DNA of 64,000 bases from Alphaproteobacteria bacterium UBA6178 (GTDB taxonomy: Bacteria > Pseudomonadota > Alphaproteobacteria > Rickettsiales > UBA3002). Positions 1 to 9,664 of this stretch are shown piece after piece. The DNA lies in assembly GCA_002422205.1 (NCBI GenBank), contig DITS01000033.1, positions 4,083 through 68,082 of the forward strand, in the 5' to 3' direction. The position numbers and the translations under genes are program-made. Positions within the stretch are counted from its first letter, which is position 1; each line of letters starts with the position of its first letter. The notes beneath the pieces were generated by a model, which saw only the letters and a list, made by a program, of their open reading frames with translations, searched no databases and was not told the DNA's origin.

Positions 1-282
1 CTTCGCTCATGCTGGCATAGGCGCAGATGATCACGAGGTCGCCTACTTGTACCAGCCGTGCGGCGGGACCGTTGATGGTGATAGTTTTGCCGCCTGCTGG
101 CGCTTCGATGATATAGGTGGTGAAGCGCGCGCCATTGTTGACGTTCAGGATATCGACCTGCTCATGGGGGAGGAGGTTGGCTGCGTCCATCAGATCACGC
201 GGCAGGGTGATCGAGCCTTCATAGCCCAGCTCAGAGCCGGTGACGGTGGCGCGGTGAATTTTGGATTTCAGTAGCGTCAGGT

Positions 283-286
<4 letters not shown>
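1..286 (-). CDS. panD: aspartate 1-decarboxylase PanD (3' end runs off the window; not in the supplied ORF track)
   Basis: Manual minus-strand translation from ATG at 286 gives [63 protein letters not shown]... This is a typical PanD, including the G-S self-processing site (YEGS). Its start overlaps the glyQ stop as ATGA. Confidence 0.85.
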
Positions 287-1173
<887 letters not shown>

Positions 1174-1220
1174 GGTCGCATTGGTATAGCGGTTTTTTGT
1201 GGTGATTCAACGATTAATTT

Positions 1221-1273
1221 AGAGTTCAGAGTCCAGAGTTCAGAGTCCAGTAAGGAAGGGAGGAAGGGGGAGG
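1221..1273. repeat. composite repeat: heptamer tandem (AGAGTTC/AGAGTCC x4) + GGAAGGGAGGAAGGGGGAGG
   Basis: Lies in the spacer upstream of glyQ (between the glyQ start and the yqgE stop). It has the same architecture as the nadE-internal copy. Confidence 0.8.
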
Positions 1274-1361
1274 TCAGGAGACCGAGGCTTTAGTCGCGTA
1301 TGCGTTAGGTTCATCGCGTAGCACAGTAGTGCGGAGCGGGAACGAATATAATAACACGCCG

Positions 1362-1988
1362 TTAGGCGTGACCGACGCTGTGGGAGAAGAAATTCATGTC
1401 GATGCCGAGGGACTGGCTGGCCATGCCCCATTTCATTTCGTCGTCGATATCAAATACCAGTTCACGCGTGGCGGGGACCGTGATCCAGCTGTTTTCTTCG
1501 ATTTCGCGCTCGAGTTGGCCTGCGGTCCAGCCTGCGTAACCGACGACTAAGGTGGCGTGGGCGGGGCCGTGGCCTTCGGCGATATCTTTTAAGATTCCGG
1601 TGTTAGCTGATACAGCGATGCCATCATGCGCGCAGAGCAGCTCGCCTTTATTATAATCGGTGCTGTGAATGACGAAGCCACGGCTGCGGTCGACGGGGCC
1701 ACCATAATAAACGGCGATTTCATCGTCGCTGCTGGTGCGGGGCAAGTCGGATTCTTCGAGTAACGCATCGTAGGTGACGTATTCGAGCGGTTGATTGACG
1801 ATAATGCCCATGGCACCGTCTTCGTTGTGCGCGAAAAGATAAATGACGGATTTGTGAAAGCAGCTGGCGGTAATCAGTGGTGTAGAGACCAGTAATTGCC
1901 CCTGCAAATAGCCTTCCGAGCGATGCACGGGGGCGATGGTCGATGCGTTAAGCGGGGAATCGTAGGACTTACGTTTAAAAAAGAGCAT
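1362..1988 (-). CDS. YqgE/AlgH family (UPF0301) protein
   Basis: 208-aa ORF with family blocks GAMGIIVNQPL, YYGGPV..SRGFVIH and GYAGWTAGQLEREI. Confidence 0.85.
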   Translation of the reverse strand: MLFFKRKSYDSPLNASTIAPVHRSEGYLQGQLLVSTPLITASCFHKSVIYLFAHNEDGAMGIIVNQPLEYVTYDALLEESDLPRTSSDDEIAVYYGGPVDRSRGFVIHSTDYNKGELLCAHDGIAVSANTGILKDIAEGHGPAHATLVVGYAGWTAGQLEREIEENSWITVPATRELVFDIDDEMKWGMASQSLGIDMNFFSHSVGHA

Positions 1989-2059
1989 GGGAGCGCGCCA
2001 GATTGGTTTGTATGATGTGTTACTTTAGCATTGCGGTTGCATCCTGCCAACTGCATTTG

Positions 2060-2932
2060 TCAGCTTGGTGGATGAGCCGCGCCAGCCTCGTGGATTGCCG
2101 TGATTTTTTCGGTCATATACGGCGGAAGCGTGGCGGTGAGTGTGAGGCCATTTGCATAAAGAGGCAATGTGGATTGTGCCGCTTCGATACGCAGCAGCGC
2201 CAAGCCTATCGTACCATTAGATGAGCGCATTTCACCGACGGGTTTTTCGTTATCAGCACGGGTGATGGGAGTGCCAATCGCTGGCAGCGGGTTATCAGCG
2301 GTGATGATGTAGAGGCATTTGCGCAGGATGTTGCGGTAATGCATGCGGGCGGTGACCTCTTGTCCGACATAGCAGCCTTTGGTGAAGCTGATGGCGTGGA
2401 GTTGGTCGTAGCCAAGCTCCATGATGACGGCGCGCTCGGACGCATCGGCTGCGCCGCTGGGGATGCCGAGTTGCAGGCGGTGTTGGTCGTAGGCTTCGTA
2501 AGGCGCGGTGGCGTCGAGCGGGGTGTGGCTGAGGATGCGGATGCCGAGTGCAGGGTGACGTGGGTCGGGGAAGGCTGGATTCCCGCTTTCGCGGGAATGA
2601 CATGGTTTATCCTCGCCCCATTCCGCGTAGATGTGCCATTGATTGGATTCATCGGTGATGGTGACTTTGGAACGGAGTTTGTAGCGTTTGAGTTTTTTTT
2701 GCAGCGCATCGGCGAGGGGGAATTCGGTTTCGAGCAGGATGTCGTCGCCATCGCGGATTAAAAAGAAATCATGCTGGAATTTGCCTTGCGGGGAGAGCAT
2801 GGCGGCGAAGATTGCGGGCTGCGTGCTCAGCGCATTGATGTCGTTGGTGATGAGGCCTTGCAGAAAAGGGCGCGTATCCTCGCCGGTGAGGCGCAGTATG
2901 GCACGGTTAGGGAGAGCGCAGCGTGAGGTCAT
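2060..2932 (-). CDS. ygfZ: YgfZ/CAF17-type folate-binding protein (Fe-S cluster / tRNA modification associated)
   Basis: 290-aa ORF; RAILRLTGEDTRPFLQGLITNDI and KGCYVGQE motifs. It carries an in-frame hairpin-repeat insertion (CHSRESGNPAFP). Confidence 0.8.
   Translation of the reverse strand: MTSRCALPNRAILRLTGEDTRPFLQGLITNDINALSTQPAIFAAMLSPQGKFQHDFFLIRDGDDILLETEFPLADALQKKLKRYKLRSKVTITDESNQWHIYAEWGEDKPCHSRESGNPAFPDPRHPALGIRILSHTPLDATAPYEAYDQHRLQLGIPSGAADASERAVIMELGYDQLHAISFTKGCYVGQEVTARMHYRNILRKCLYIITADNPLPAIGTPITRADNEKPVGEMRSSNGTIGLALLRIEAAQSTLPLYANGLTLTATLPPYMTEKITAIHEAGAAHPPS
2574..2603. repeat. hairpin repeat GGATTCCCGCTTTCGCGGGAATGACA inside ygfZ
   Basis: The stem ATTCCCGC/GCGGGAAT carries compensatory changes relative to the ATTCCTGC/GCAGGAAT copies. 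Confidence 0.85.
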
Positions 2933-2937
2933 GGCTA

Positions 2938-3993
2938 TTATATAGGGGGGGATGCGTTGGGGACAAGGGCACGCACTTGCTGTAGGGCTTGCTGCAGGCG
3001 GGCGCTGATAATGGTGATATTATAGGTTTCGTCGATGGTGCGCTGCGCGGCTTTGCCAGCAGCGATTGCAGCGTCGGGGTTTTCGAGCCATTCGGTGAGG
3101 GCTTGTGCCATTTGATAGGGGCGGGCTTTTTCGACCATAATGGCATTGCGCTCATGAGTGATGATTTCGCACGGGCCTTCGCTGTCGGTGGTGATACAGG
3201 GCAGGCCTTGCGCCATCGCCTCGATAAGGACAATACCGAATGGCTCGTGCTGCGAGGGTAGCACGAAAATGTCGAGCTGATCGAAGAAGGCTTGTTTGTC
3301 TTCGACCCAGCCGGTGAAGGTGAGGTGGTTATGCAAACCGAAATCCTGCGCTTGTTTTTGCAGCTGGGTGGTGAGGATGCCGTCACCGCCGAGCAGTGCG
3401 CGGAAGGGGACGGATTGATCTTTGAGTGCTTTGAGGGCGTGAAGGAAAATATCGAAGCCTTTTTTATCGACAAAACGGCCCATGCTACCGATGACGGGCG
3501 GGTCGCGGAAATGGGTGCGTGCAGCGGCAGTCGGCATGCGTACCATGTTAGGCATGTGGCATAATTTTTCGCGCGGGATATTGAGATGTACCATTTCTTC
3601 GAGCAGGTCGCGGGTGATGGTGAAGATACCATCGGCACGAGGAAAGCGTTTTTTGATATTGTAATTATGTGCTACGGCGATGACAGGCACGCGGCCTTTT
3701 AATGCTTTGAGCGTGAGACCCAATGCGCGGTTGCCATGCGCGATGGCGATGTCGGCCTGTGCTTCTTTTGCAATGCGGCGCAGGCGACGTGCGGCCAGCC
3801 AGTCGCGCTCGCTGAATTGGGAGAGGCTTTGGGTGGGGAATGATTGCGCCGTGAATGTGGGCTGTAAGGCGCTGTGGGGATGCAAAATGCTAGTGACATT
3901 GTTGCCTGCCATGTGCAGCGCTTCGTGGTAATCAAGCGCGGCTTGTTCCAGCCCGCCTTTGCCCTTGCCTAACATGATATTGAGAATATGCAT
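2938..3993 (-). CDS. glycosyltransferase family 4 (GT-B)
   Basis: EPFGIVLIEAMAQGLPCITTD (E-X7-E region). The start is set at MHILNIMLGKGKGG (ATG 3993), because the longer ORF would read through the heptamer repeat at 3999-4059. Confidence 0.8.
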   Translation of the reverse strand: MHILNIMLGKGKGGLEQAALDYHEALHMAGNNVTSILHPHSALQPTFTAQSFPTQSLSQFSERDWLAARRLRRIAKEAQADIAIAHGNRALGLTLKALKGRVPVIAVAHNYNIKKRFPRADGIFTITRDLLEEMVHLNIPREKLCHMPNMVRMPTAAARTHFRDPPVIGSMGRFVDKKGFDIFLHALKALKDQSVPFRALLGGDGILTTQLQKQAQDFGLHNHLTFTGWVEDKQAFFDQLDIFVLPSQHEPFGIVLIEAMAQGLPCITTDSEGPCEIITHERNAIMVEKARPYQMAQALTEWLENPDAAIAAGKAAQRTIDETYNITIISARLQQALQQVRALVPNASPPI

Positions 3994-3998
3994 TTTAT

Positions 3999-4059
3999 GT
4001 TCGTGATTCGTGGTTCGTAGTCCGTATAGCATACGAATCCCGAATTACGAATCCCGAAT
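3999..4059. repeat. inverted repeat with 7-bp-periodic arms (GTTCGTG ATTCGTG GTTCGTA ... TACGAAT CCCGAAT TACGAAT CCCGAAT)
   Basis: Lies between the GT4 start and the usg stop. Confidence 0.8.
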
Positions 4060-4340
4060 TAATGAATGAGAAACTCGCCTTTGCCCAAGCGCCAGTCGGT
4101 GGGTTGTACCAGCTGCAGCGAATCGACTTTGACGGAATGGATTTTGCCGTCGAGTTCGCGGTTCCAGAAATCAAGAAATTGGGTGAGAATGGGGAATTTA
4201 GGGGCGCGGTCGAGCTCTTGCCAGACATAGCTTTGCAGCAAGCGCGGATGGTCAGGAAAGTGATAGAGGATTTCGGCAGTCGTCAGGCGCCAGTCGCGCA
4301 GCATCAGCTCGAATTCGGATGGTTTGATTTCATGTGTCAT
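4059..4340 (-). CDS. usg: Usg family protein
   Basis: LRDWRLTTAEILYHFPDHPRLLQSYVWQELDRAPKFPILTQFLDFWNRELDGKIHSVKV matches the alphaproteobacterial Usg-like family. The start is chosen at MTHEIK. Confidence 0.75.
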   Translation of the reverse strand: MTHEIKPSEFELMLRDWRLTTAEILYHFPDHPRLLQSYVWQELDRAPKFPILTQFLDFWNRELDGKIHSVKVDSLQLVQPTDWRLGKGEFLIH

Positions 4341-4570
4341 ATTGCACCTCACCCTTGGGTAGCCGGACGCCACCCTTCACTTTATTATAGTCAAAAATTC
4401 TTTAATTTTCTCTTAATTTGTAGCGATTGTGGATAATGCTTTGTGTCAGGGGTGGGGCGGGGATGATTTTGTTTTTTGCAATCAACGGGTTTTTGTGGCA
4501 TAACAAGCGTCATCTTTGCGTTGGGGCGAAATGCAGAGGTAACCTGAATTTACAAGGAAAACAGCTATTT

Positions 4571-5608
4571 ATGACCCCCATCCGGATTCATGATAGGGCT
4601 TTGTGGTGCGCGGCTTTGGGTTTTGTTGCCCTGCTGTTGGTGGGCGCGTGCAGCCCGACAGAGCAGCCGGTGCAGCCTGCGAGCGTGGAGCCTGCACTGC
4701 ATGATGATTATTTTATTACCAAGGATAATTACAAGCTGCCCTTGCGCCGGTTTATGCCGGAAGGTGCGCCTAAGGCGGTGATTATTGCGCTGCATGGGAT
4801 GAATGATTACAGCAATGCCTTTACGGGTGCGGGGGATTATTTTAAGGCGCAGGGGCTTGCGCTTTATGCCTATGATCAGCGTGGCTTTGGGGCGAACGGG
4901 ATGCGCGGAATTTGGGGCGGCAACCAGAATTTGATGACCGATATGGCGCAGCTGGCGGCGCTGGTGAAGCACGAGCATCCGTCTGCGCCGGTGTATGTAT
5001 TGGGTGAGAGCATGGGCGGGGCGGTAGCGATTAATGCCATGTCGGCTGCTGATTTGGCGGAAGTGGATGGGGTGATTTTATCGGCTCCCGCGGTGTGGGG
5101 CGAGGATGCGATGAACGGGTTTTACCGTGCATCGCTATGGCTGATGGCGCATACGTTTCCGGCTTCGGAATTTACCGGTGAGGATTTAGAGATTCTAGCG
5201 TCGGATAATATTGCGATGTTGCGGGCGCTGGCAATGGACCCGCTAGTGATCAAGCAAACACGGGTGGATGCGATGTATGGAATTGTGGGGCTGATGGATG
5301 ATGCCTACCGTAATATTGAACAGGTGAAAAAGCCGGTATTGGTGCTGTATGGTGCTAATGATGAGGTGATTCCAGCCGATGCGGTGACGGGCGCGATTGG
5401 ACGGATTACGGCACCTTATACGGTGGCGTATTACCCCAAGGGCTATCATATGTTGCTGCGCGATTTGCAGGGCGAAGTGGTGCTTGGTGATATTGTGAGC
5501 TGGATTGAAGACCGGTATAAGCCGCTGCCGTCGGGTTCGGATATGGGCTGGCGGGATGATATGCGGCTGGTGTATGAGCGTAATGCGCATCAGGCGGCGC
5601 TGCAATAG
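4571..5608 (+). CDS. alpha/beta hydrolase (lysophospholipase / monoacylglycerol-lipase-like), probable lipoprotein
   Basis: HGMNDYS, the nucleophile elbow GESMGG, and a signal peptide with lipobox-like LLVGAC. The start is taken at MTPIRI rather than at the ORF-track start 4427. Confidence 0.8.
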   Translation: MTPIRIHDRALWCAALGFVALLLVGACSPTEQPVQPASVEPALHDDYFITKDNYKLPLRRFMPEGAPKAVIIALHGMNDYSNAFTGAGDYFKAQGLALYAYDQRGFGANGMRGIWGGNQNLMTDMAQLAALVKHEHPSAPVYVLGESMGGAVAINAMSAADLAEVDGVILSAPAVWGEDAMNGFYRASLWLMAHTFPASEFTGEDLEILASDNIAMLRALAMDPLVIKQTRVDAMYGIVGLMDDAYRNIEQVKKPVLVLYGANDEVIPADAVTGAIGRITAPYTVAYYPKGYHMLLRDLQGEVVLGDIVSWIEDRYKPLPSGSDMGWRDDMRLVYERNAHQAALQ

Positions 5609-5693
5609 GCTGGGGATGGGGCAATGTATTTCCTCGCCAAAGGCGGCTTTTGCCGCTATGGTGGCTGGCGTGATATTTGCAAGGTGTCAGTGA

Positions 5694-6740
5694 ATGACCA
5701 AACGCTATGGAAAATTTTGCCGGTTTGTGGCGCTGCTGAGTGTGGTAGGGGCTTTTTATGCTCCTTCTGCGATGGCAGTCCCCCGTGATGCGATGATTGA
5801 AGGGGCCAAGCAATGCACGCAGCATTTTCCTACCCATGAGCGGTTAAACGGCATTCCGACACATTTGCTGGCGGCTATCGCGGCGACGGAATCGGGGCGT
5901 TATAACAAAACGCTGGGCATGGTTTTGCCATGGCCGTGGACGGTGAATGCCAACGGGCAGGGCTATTATCTGGATACGAAAGCCGAAGCAGTGGCGAAGG
6001 TGAAAAGTCTGCAGGCCAAAGGCATTAAGAGCATTGATGTGGGCTGTATGCAGGTGAATCTGTATCATCATCCGAATGCGTTTGCGTCGCTCGATCAAGC
6101 GTTTGATCCGCGCTATAATATTGCGTATTCGGCCAAGTTTTTGCGCCGTAATTATGATGATCTGGGGACCTGGGTGAAGGCGACGGGTGCTTATCATTCG
6201 CGCACGCCGAAATTCGGAAATATCTATTTGGGTAAAATTGAAAAATCATGGCGTTCGATTGTTGGCAAAGTGCGTGAAGCGCGTGCCAGCCGTGGGATGG
6301 ATCAGGGGCAATACAGCCTTGCGGCGGACCGCGATTTTGATGCGTTAAGCCGTGCCTTTACCAACCATGCCAGCCGCGTACCGGTATCGGAAGTGGATGG
6401 CCGCGCGGGGCTTTCTGCGTCGAGTGCGTCGTCTCGCACCGGTGTATCGTCGCGTAGCATGAAAATGATTTCGGTGCGTGAGCCGAGCGACAGATCACGC
6501 GAGAATGTGATGGTGATTCGGCCCACGCATGTACCGGCCAAGGCTAGCGTCAGCGTGAGCGATGATAAGCCGTCGGCGACGCGAGTGGCGTCGATTCACG
6601 ATAATATTTTTGTGTTGAACACGACCAAAACCAGCGCCAATACCGGTTCGTCCTTTGTGAAAACAAGTGGCGTGACAAATAAGACGACGCCTGCTAAGCC
6701 CAGTGCGCAATCGGCACCAAAATTTATTTTTGTGGATTAG
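5694..6740 (+). CDS. lytic transglycosylase (SLT domain) with a long S/T-rich C-terminal tail
   Basis: Signal peptide (...PSAMA), catalytic AAIAATESGRYN, and GCMQVN / YHS blocks. Confidence 0.75.
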   Translation: MTKRYGKFCRFVALLSVVGAFYAPSAMAVPRDAMIEGAKQCTQHFPTHERLNGIPTHLLAAIAATESGRYNKTLGMVLPWPWTVNANGQGYYLDTKAEAVAKVKSLQAKGIKSIDVGCMQVNLYHHPNAFASLDQAFDPRYNIAYSAKFLRRNYDDLGTWVKATGAYHSRTPKFGNIYLGKIEKSWRSIVGKVREARASRGMDQGQYSLAADRDFDALSRAFTNHASRVPVSEVDGRAGLSASSASSRTGVSSRSMKMISVREPSDRSRENVMVIRPTHVPAKASVSVSDDKPSATRVASIHDNIFVLNTTKTSANTGSSFVKTSGVTNKTTPAKPSAQSAPKFIFVD

Positions 6741-6742
6741 GT

Positions 6743-6934
6743 ATGGTAATGACAGCGGACAAAGCATTTGAAATTATCTCGGTCGATCGCATGGCCATTG
6801 CATGCGATGGCGGTGGCGGGCCGTTGGGACATCCGCGCGTGTATCTGCATATCGAGCAGGATAAGGGTGATGTGATGTGCCCTTATTGCAGCCGGTTATT
6901 TGTGTATAAAGCCATTCATCATAAGGTGGGCTAA
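6743..6934 (+). CDS. zinc-finger (zf-CHCC, NDUFS6-like) domain protein
   Basis: IACDGGGGPLGHPRVYL....VMCPYCSRLF is the typical zf-CHCC pattern. Confidence 0.75.
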   Translation: MVMTADKAFEIISVDRMAIACDGGGGPLGHPRVYLHIEQDKGDVMCPYCSRLFVYKAIHHKVG

Positions 6935-7132
6935 ATGGCGTTTGGCAATATCATGTTGCTTGTGGTGATGCTGGCGGTGGCAGGTGTGCTGGTGACGGGC
7001 GTGGTGGTGATGGCGCGCGGCGGCGAAGCTAACCGTAAATATGGTAATAAACTGATGGCATGGCGCGTGGGGCTGCAAGGGCTGGCGCTGGCGGTGCTGG
7101 GCGTTTTGTTTTTGCTTTCGGGTAAGTCGTGA
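6935..7132 (+). CDS. twin-transmembrane-helix small protein (HIG1 domain)
   Basis: 65 aa with two TM helices separated by ARGGEANRKYGNKLMAWRV. The ATG directly follows the zf gene stop. Confidence 0.7.
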   Translation: MAFGNIMLLVVMLAVAGVLVTGVVVMARGGEANRKYGNKLMAWRVGLQGLALAVLGVLFLLSGKS

Positions 7133-7220
7133 TTCGTGGTTCGTTATTCGTCGTTCGTTATTCGGGATTCGTTATTTAAGAACTCTTTCGAATCGCGAAC
7201 GACGAATAACGAATCACGAA
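7127..7220. repeat. inverted repeat with 7-bp-periodic arms (GTGATTC GTGGTTC GTTATTC GTCGTTC GTTATTC GGGATTC ... GAATCGC GAACGAC GAATAAC GAATCAC)
   Basis: It starts at the HIG1 stop codon and probably acts as a terminator hairpin. Confidence 0.8.
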
Positions 7221-7304
7221 ATGCTGCACTGCATGACAGCTATTTGTGTGCGGGGGAAAATAACGCTATACTGAAGCCAGAAGAATAAAAACAAGGGAGG
7301 CATC

Positions 7305-8060
7305 GTGGCGCTTAAAATTCTCGTCCCCGTTAAGCGGGTGGTCGATTACAATGTTAAAATCCGTGTTAAATCCGATTCTTCAGGTGTTGAGCTGGCCAAT
7401 GTAAAAATGGCCATGAACCCGTTTGATGAAATTGCAGTGGAAGAAGCGATTCGATTAAAGGAATCGGGTGTTGCGGGTGAAGTGATTGCGGTGTCGATGG
7501 GTGGCGAGAAGGTGGAAGAAACTTTGCGTACCGCGCTGGCACTCGGTGCAGACCGCGCGATTCGTATTGTTAGCGAAAGCGAAATTCAACCCTTGGCGGC
7601 AGCGAAATTGCTGCAGCAGATTGTGCAAAAAGAATCGCCTGATATCGTGATTCTGGGTAAACAAGCAATTGATGATGATGCTAACCAAACCGGCCAGATG
7701 CTGGCAGCGTTGCTGGGTTGGGGGCAGGGCACCTTTGCGTCGAAACTGGTGATTGAGGGGGATGCGGTGCGCGTGACACGGGAAGTGGATGGCGGCGCGA
7801 TGACGGTGGGCTTGCGCTTGCCTTGTGTGGTGACAACCGATTTGCGACTCAATGAGCCGCGCTATGCGAAATTGCCGGATATTATGAAAGCGCGCAGCAA
7901 GCCGCTAGAGACCATTGCGGCAGCCGATATGGGCGTGGATATGAGCCCACGATTGCGTGTGCTGAAGGTGGAAGAGCCACCCAAGCGAAAGGGAGGCGGC
8001 AAGGTTGCGAGTGTGGAAGAGTTGGTGGCGAAATTGCGGGATGAGGCGAAGGTTATATGA
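7305..8060 (+). CDS. etfB: electron transfer flavoprotein beta subunit
   Basis: [21 protein letters not shown]...; GTG start preceded by AAGGGAGG. Confidence 0.95.
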   Translation: MALKILVPVKRVVDYNVKIRVKSDSSGVELANVKMAMNPFDEIAVEEAIRLKESGVAGEVIAVSMGGEKVEETLRTALALGADRAIRIVSESEIQPLAAAKLLQQIVQKESPDIVILGKQAIDDDANQTGQMLAALLGWGQGTFASKLVIEGDAVRVTREVDGGAMTVGLRLPCVVTTDLRLNEPRYAKLPDIMKARSKPLETIAAADMGVDMSPRLRVLKVEEPPKRKGGGKVASVEELVAKLRDEAKVI

Positions 8061-8061
8061 G

Positions 8062-8136
8062 GGGCTAGAGGCTAGAGGCTAGGGACTAGATTAGTAAGGG
8101 CCCTCACCCCGACCCTCTCTCGCAGGGAGAGGGGAT
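8062..8136. repeat. composite repeat: heptamer tandem (GGCTAGA x4, degenerate) + CCCTCACCCCGACCCTCT..AGAGGGG palindrome
   Basis: Lies in the etfB-etfA spacer. The palindromic part recurs at 24337-24379. Confidence 0.8.
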
Positions 8137-8154
8137 GAAGATGAAAGGGAATGT

Positions 8155-9084
8155 ATGATGATATTGCTGGTTGCGGATCATGATAATGTGGGGTTGACTC
8201 CGGCAACGCGGGCGGTGATGGGGGCGGCAAAAGCGATTGGCGGCGAGGTGCATGTGCTGGTGGCGGGACACAACTGTGATGCGGTCGCGCGGGCGGCTGC
8301 AGCGATGGATGGCGCGGCGAAGATATTGTATGCGGATGATGCGGTTTATGCTTATCCGTTGGCGGAAAATATGGCGTTATTGATTGCGGGGATTGCTGAA
8401 GGATACAGCCATATTCTGGCAGCGGCGACGACGACGGGCAAAGATATAATGCCGCGCGTGGCGGCACTGCGTGATGTGGCGCAAATTTCGGAAATTATTG
8501 CGGTGGAATCGGCGGATACATTTAAGCGCCCGATCTATGCGGGGAATGCGATTGAGACGGTGCAATCATCGGATGCGCTTAAAATTATGACGGTGCGTAC
8601 TACCGCTTTTGACAAGGTGGGTGATGGTGGCAGTGCTGCCATTGAGGCGATTGCTGTAGCGGGCGATGCGGGGCTGTCGCAATTTGTATCGTTGGATGCG
8701 GCGGCGAGTGACCGGCCCGAGCTGACAGCGGCGCGGGTGGTGATTTCTGGCGGGCGCGCCTTTGGCGATGGTGATACATTCAGAGCGTTGCTCGAGCCGC
8801 TGGCAGACAAACTGGGTGCTGCCCTTGGCGCGTCGCGCGCGGCGGTGGATGCGGGCTATGTGCCCAATGATTATCAGGTGGGACAGACGGGCAAGGTGGT
8901 GGCACCGGAGCTTTATATTGCAGTAGGGATTTCAGGCGCGATTCAGCATCTGGCGGGGATGAAGGAATCGAAAGTGATTGTTGCCATCAACAAGGATGAA
9001 AACGCGCCGATTTTTGAAATCGCCGATTATGGGTTGGTGGGCGATTTGTTTGAGATTATCCCCAAGCTGACGGCTGCGCTTTAA
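8155..9084 (+). CDS. etfA: electron transfer flavoprotein alpha subunit
   Basis: 309 aa; ...VVISGGRA..., PELYIAVGISGAIQHLAGM and IVAINKD blocks. Confidence 0.95.
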   Translation: MMILLVADHDNVGLTPATRAVMGAAKAIGGEVHVLVAGHNCDAVARAAAAMDGAAKILYADDAVYAYPLAENMALLIAGIAEGYSHILAAATTTGKDIMPRVAALRDVAQISEIIAVESADTFKRPIYAGNAIETVQSSDALKIMTVRTTAFDKVGDGGSAAIEAIAVAGDAGLSQFVSLDAAASDRPELTAARVVISGGRAFGDGDTFRALLEPLADKLGAALGASRAAVDAGYVPNDYQVGQTGKVVAPELYIAVGISGAIQHLAGMKESKVIVAINKDENAPIFEIADYGLVGDLFEIIPKLTAAL

Positions 9085-9086
9085 GC

Positions 9087-9536
9087 TTATCCACACTGCA
9101 TGGCTTTGGGTAACGAGGCCTCTTGCTCACGAATTTTTTTGGCCATGCCCTGTCCTTCCTCGATTGCCTCTTTGATATCGTCGCTTTTGTATAGCAACAC
9201 TCTAGCCAGCCCATCATACGACATGATGCTGGCGGGGATGCTCACTTTGAATTGCATGTTGAGCAGGTTGTTTTTGGCACGCCTATTAACATCAGGATTA
9301 CCAATGGTGGTGATTTTCTCTCCGTTATCGCCTTTGACCGTGTCGTTCAGTGCGTTGGCAAGCGCTTGTGCAACAGGCCCGCGCAGATAGCGGTCGGTCA
9401 CTACACTGTCGGTGGCTTCATCATAGGTGAATTGGCAGGTGTCTTGAGTTATGGCGTTCAAAACGGAAGTGGTTTGCTGGTGGTTAAATTGTTCGGCTGT
9501 GTCCATTTGTTCGGCTGTGGTATGGTTTCCGTGCAT
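9087..9536 (-). CDS. orphan hypothetical protein (149 aa)
   Basis: Long ORF. The start is reset to MHGNHTT (ATG 9536), which is preceded by AGGAGA. The longer ORF-track start would overlap the upstream box at 9601-9618. No family recognised. Confidence 0.6.
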   Translation of the reverse strand: MHGNHTTAEQMDTAEQFNHQQTTSVLNAITQDTCQFTYDEATDSVVTDRYLRGPVAQALANALNDTVKGDNGEKITTIGNPDVNRRAKNNLLNMQFKVSIPASIMSYDGLARVLLYKSDDIKEAIEEGQGMAKKIREQEASLPKAMQCG

Positions 9537-9589
9537 CTGATTCTCCTGATTTATTGATGCCAATATGCCAGATAAAACTTGTAAATGTA

Positions 9590-9618
9590 ATGAAGGTTGC
9601 GTGAAGATTTGATGAAGA
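9590..9618 (-). promoter_or_regulatory. Pho-box-like direct repeat (three half-sites) upstream of orphan 9087-9536
   Basis: In gene sense: TCTTCATCAAATCTTCAC followed by gcaaCCTTCAT, with 11-bp periodicity. TACATT lies 12 nt after the 18-mer. The box is 65 nt from the ATG. Confidence 0.5.
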
Positions 9619-9664
9619 TTCAATGTACTGGAATCGATCAGGGAAACATGCTACGCACAGCATT

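Noticed and set aside
2907-3638. 243-aa minus-strand ORF
   Set aside because: It is an alternative frame of the glycosyltransferase gene. Its S/P/T/K-rich translation matches no family.
4391-4408. TAGTCAAAAATTCTTTAA, a partial match (12 of 18) to the orphan-regulon box, upstream of the hydrolase gene
   Set aside because: Both half-sites are degenerate. The distance to the preferred start (4571) is about 160 nt, outside the 47-78 nt window. It was not counted.
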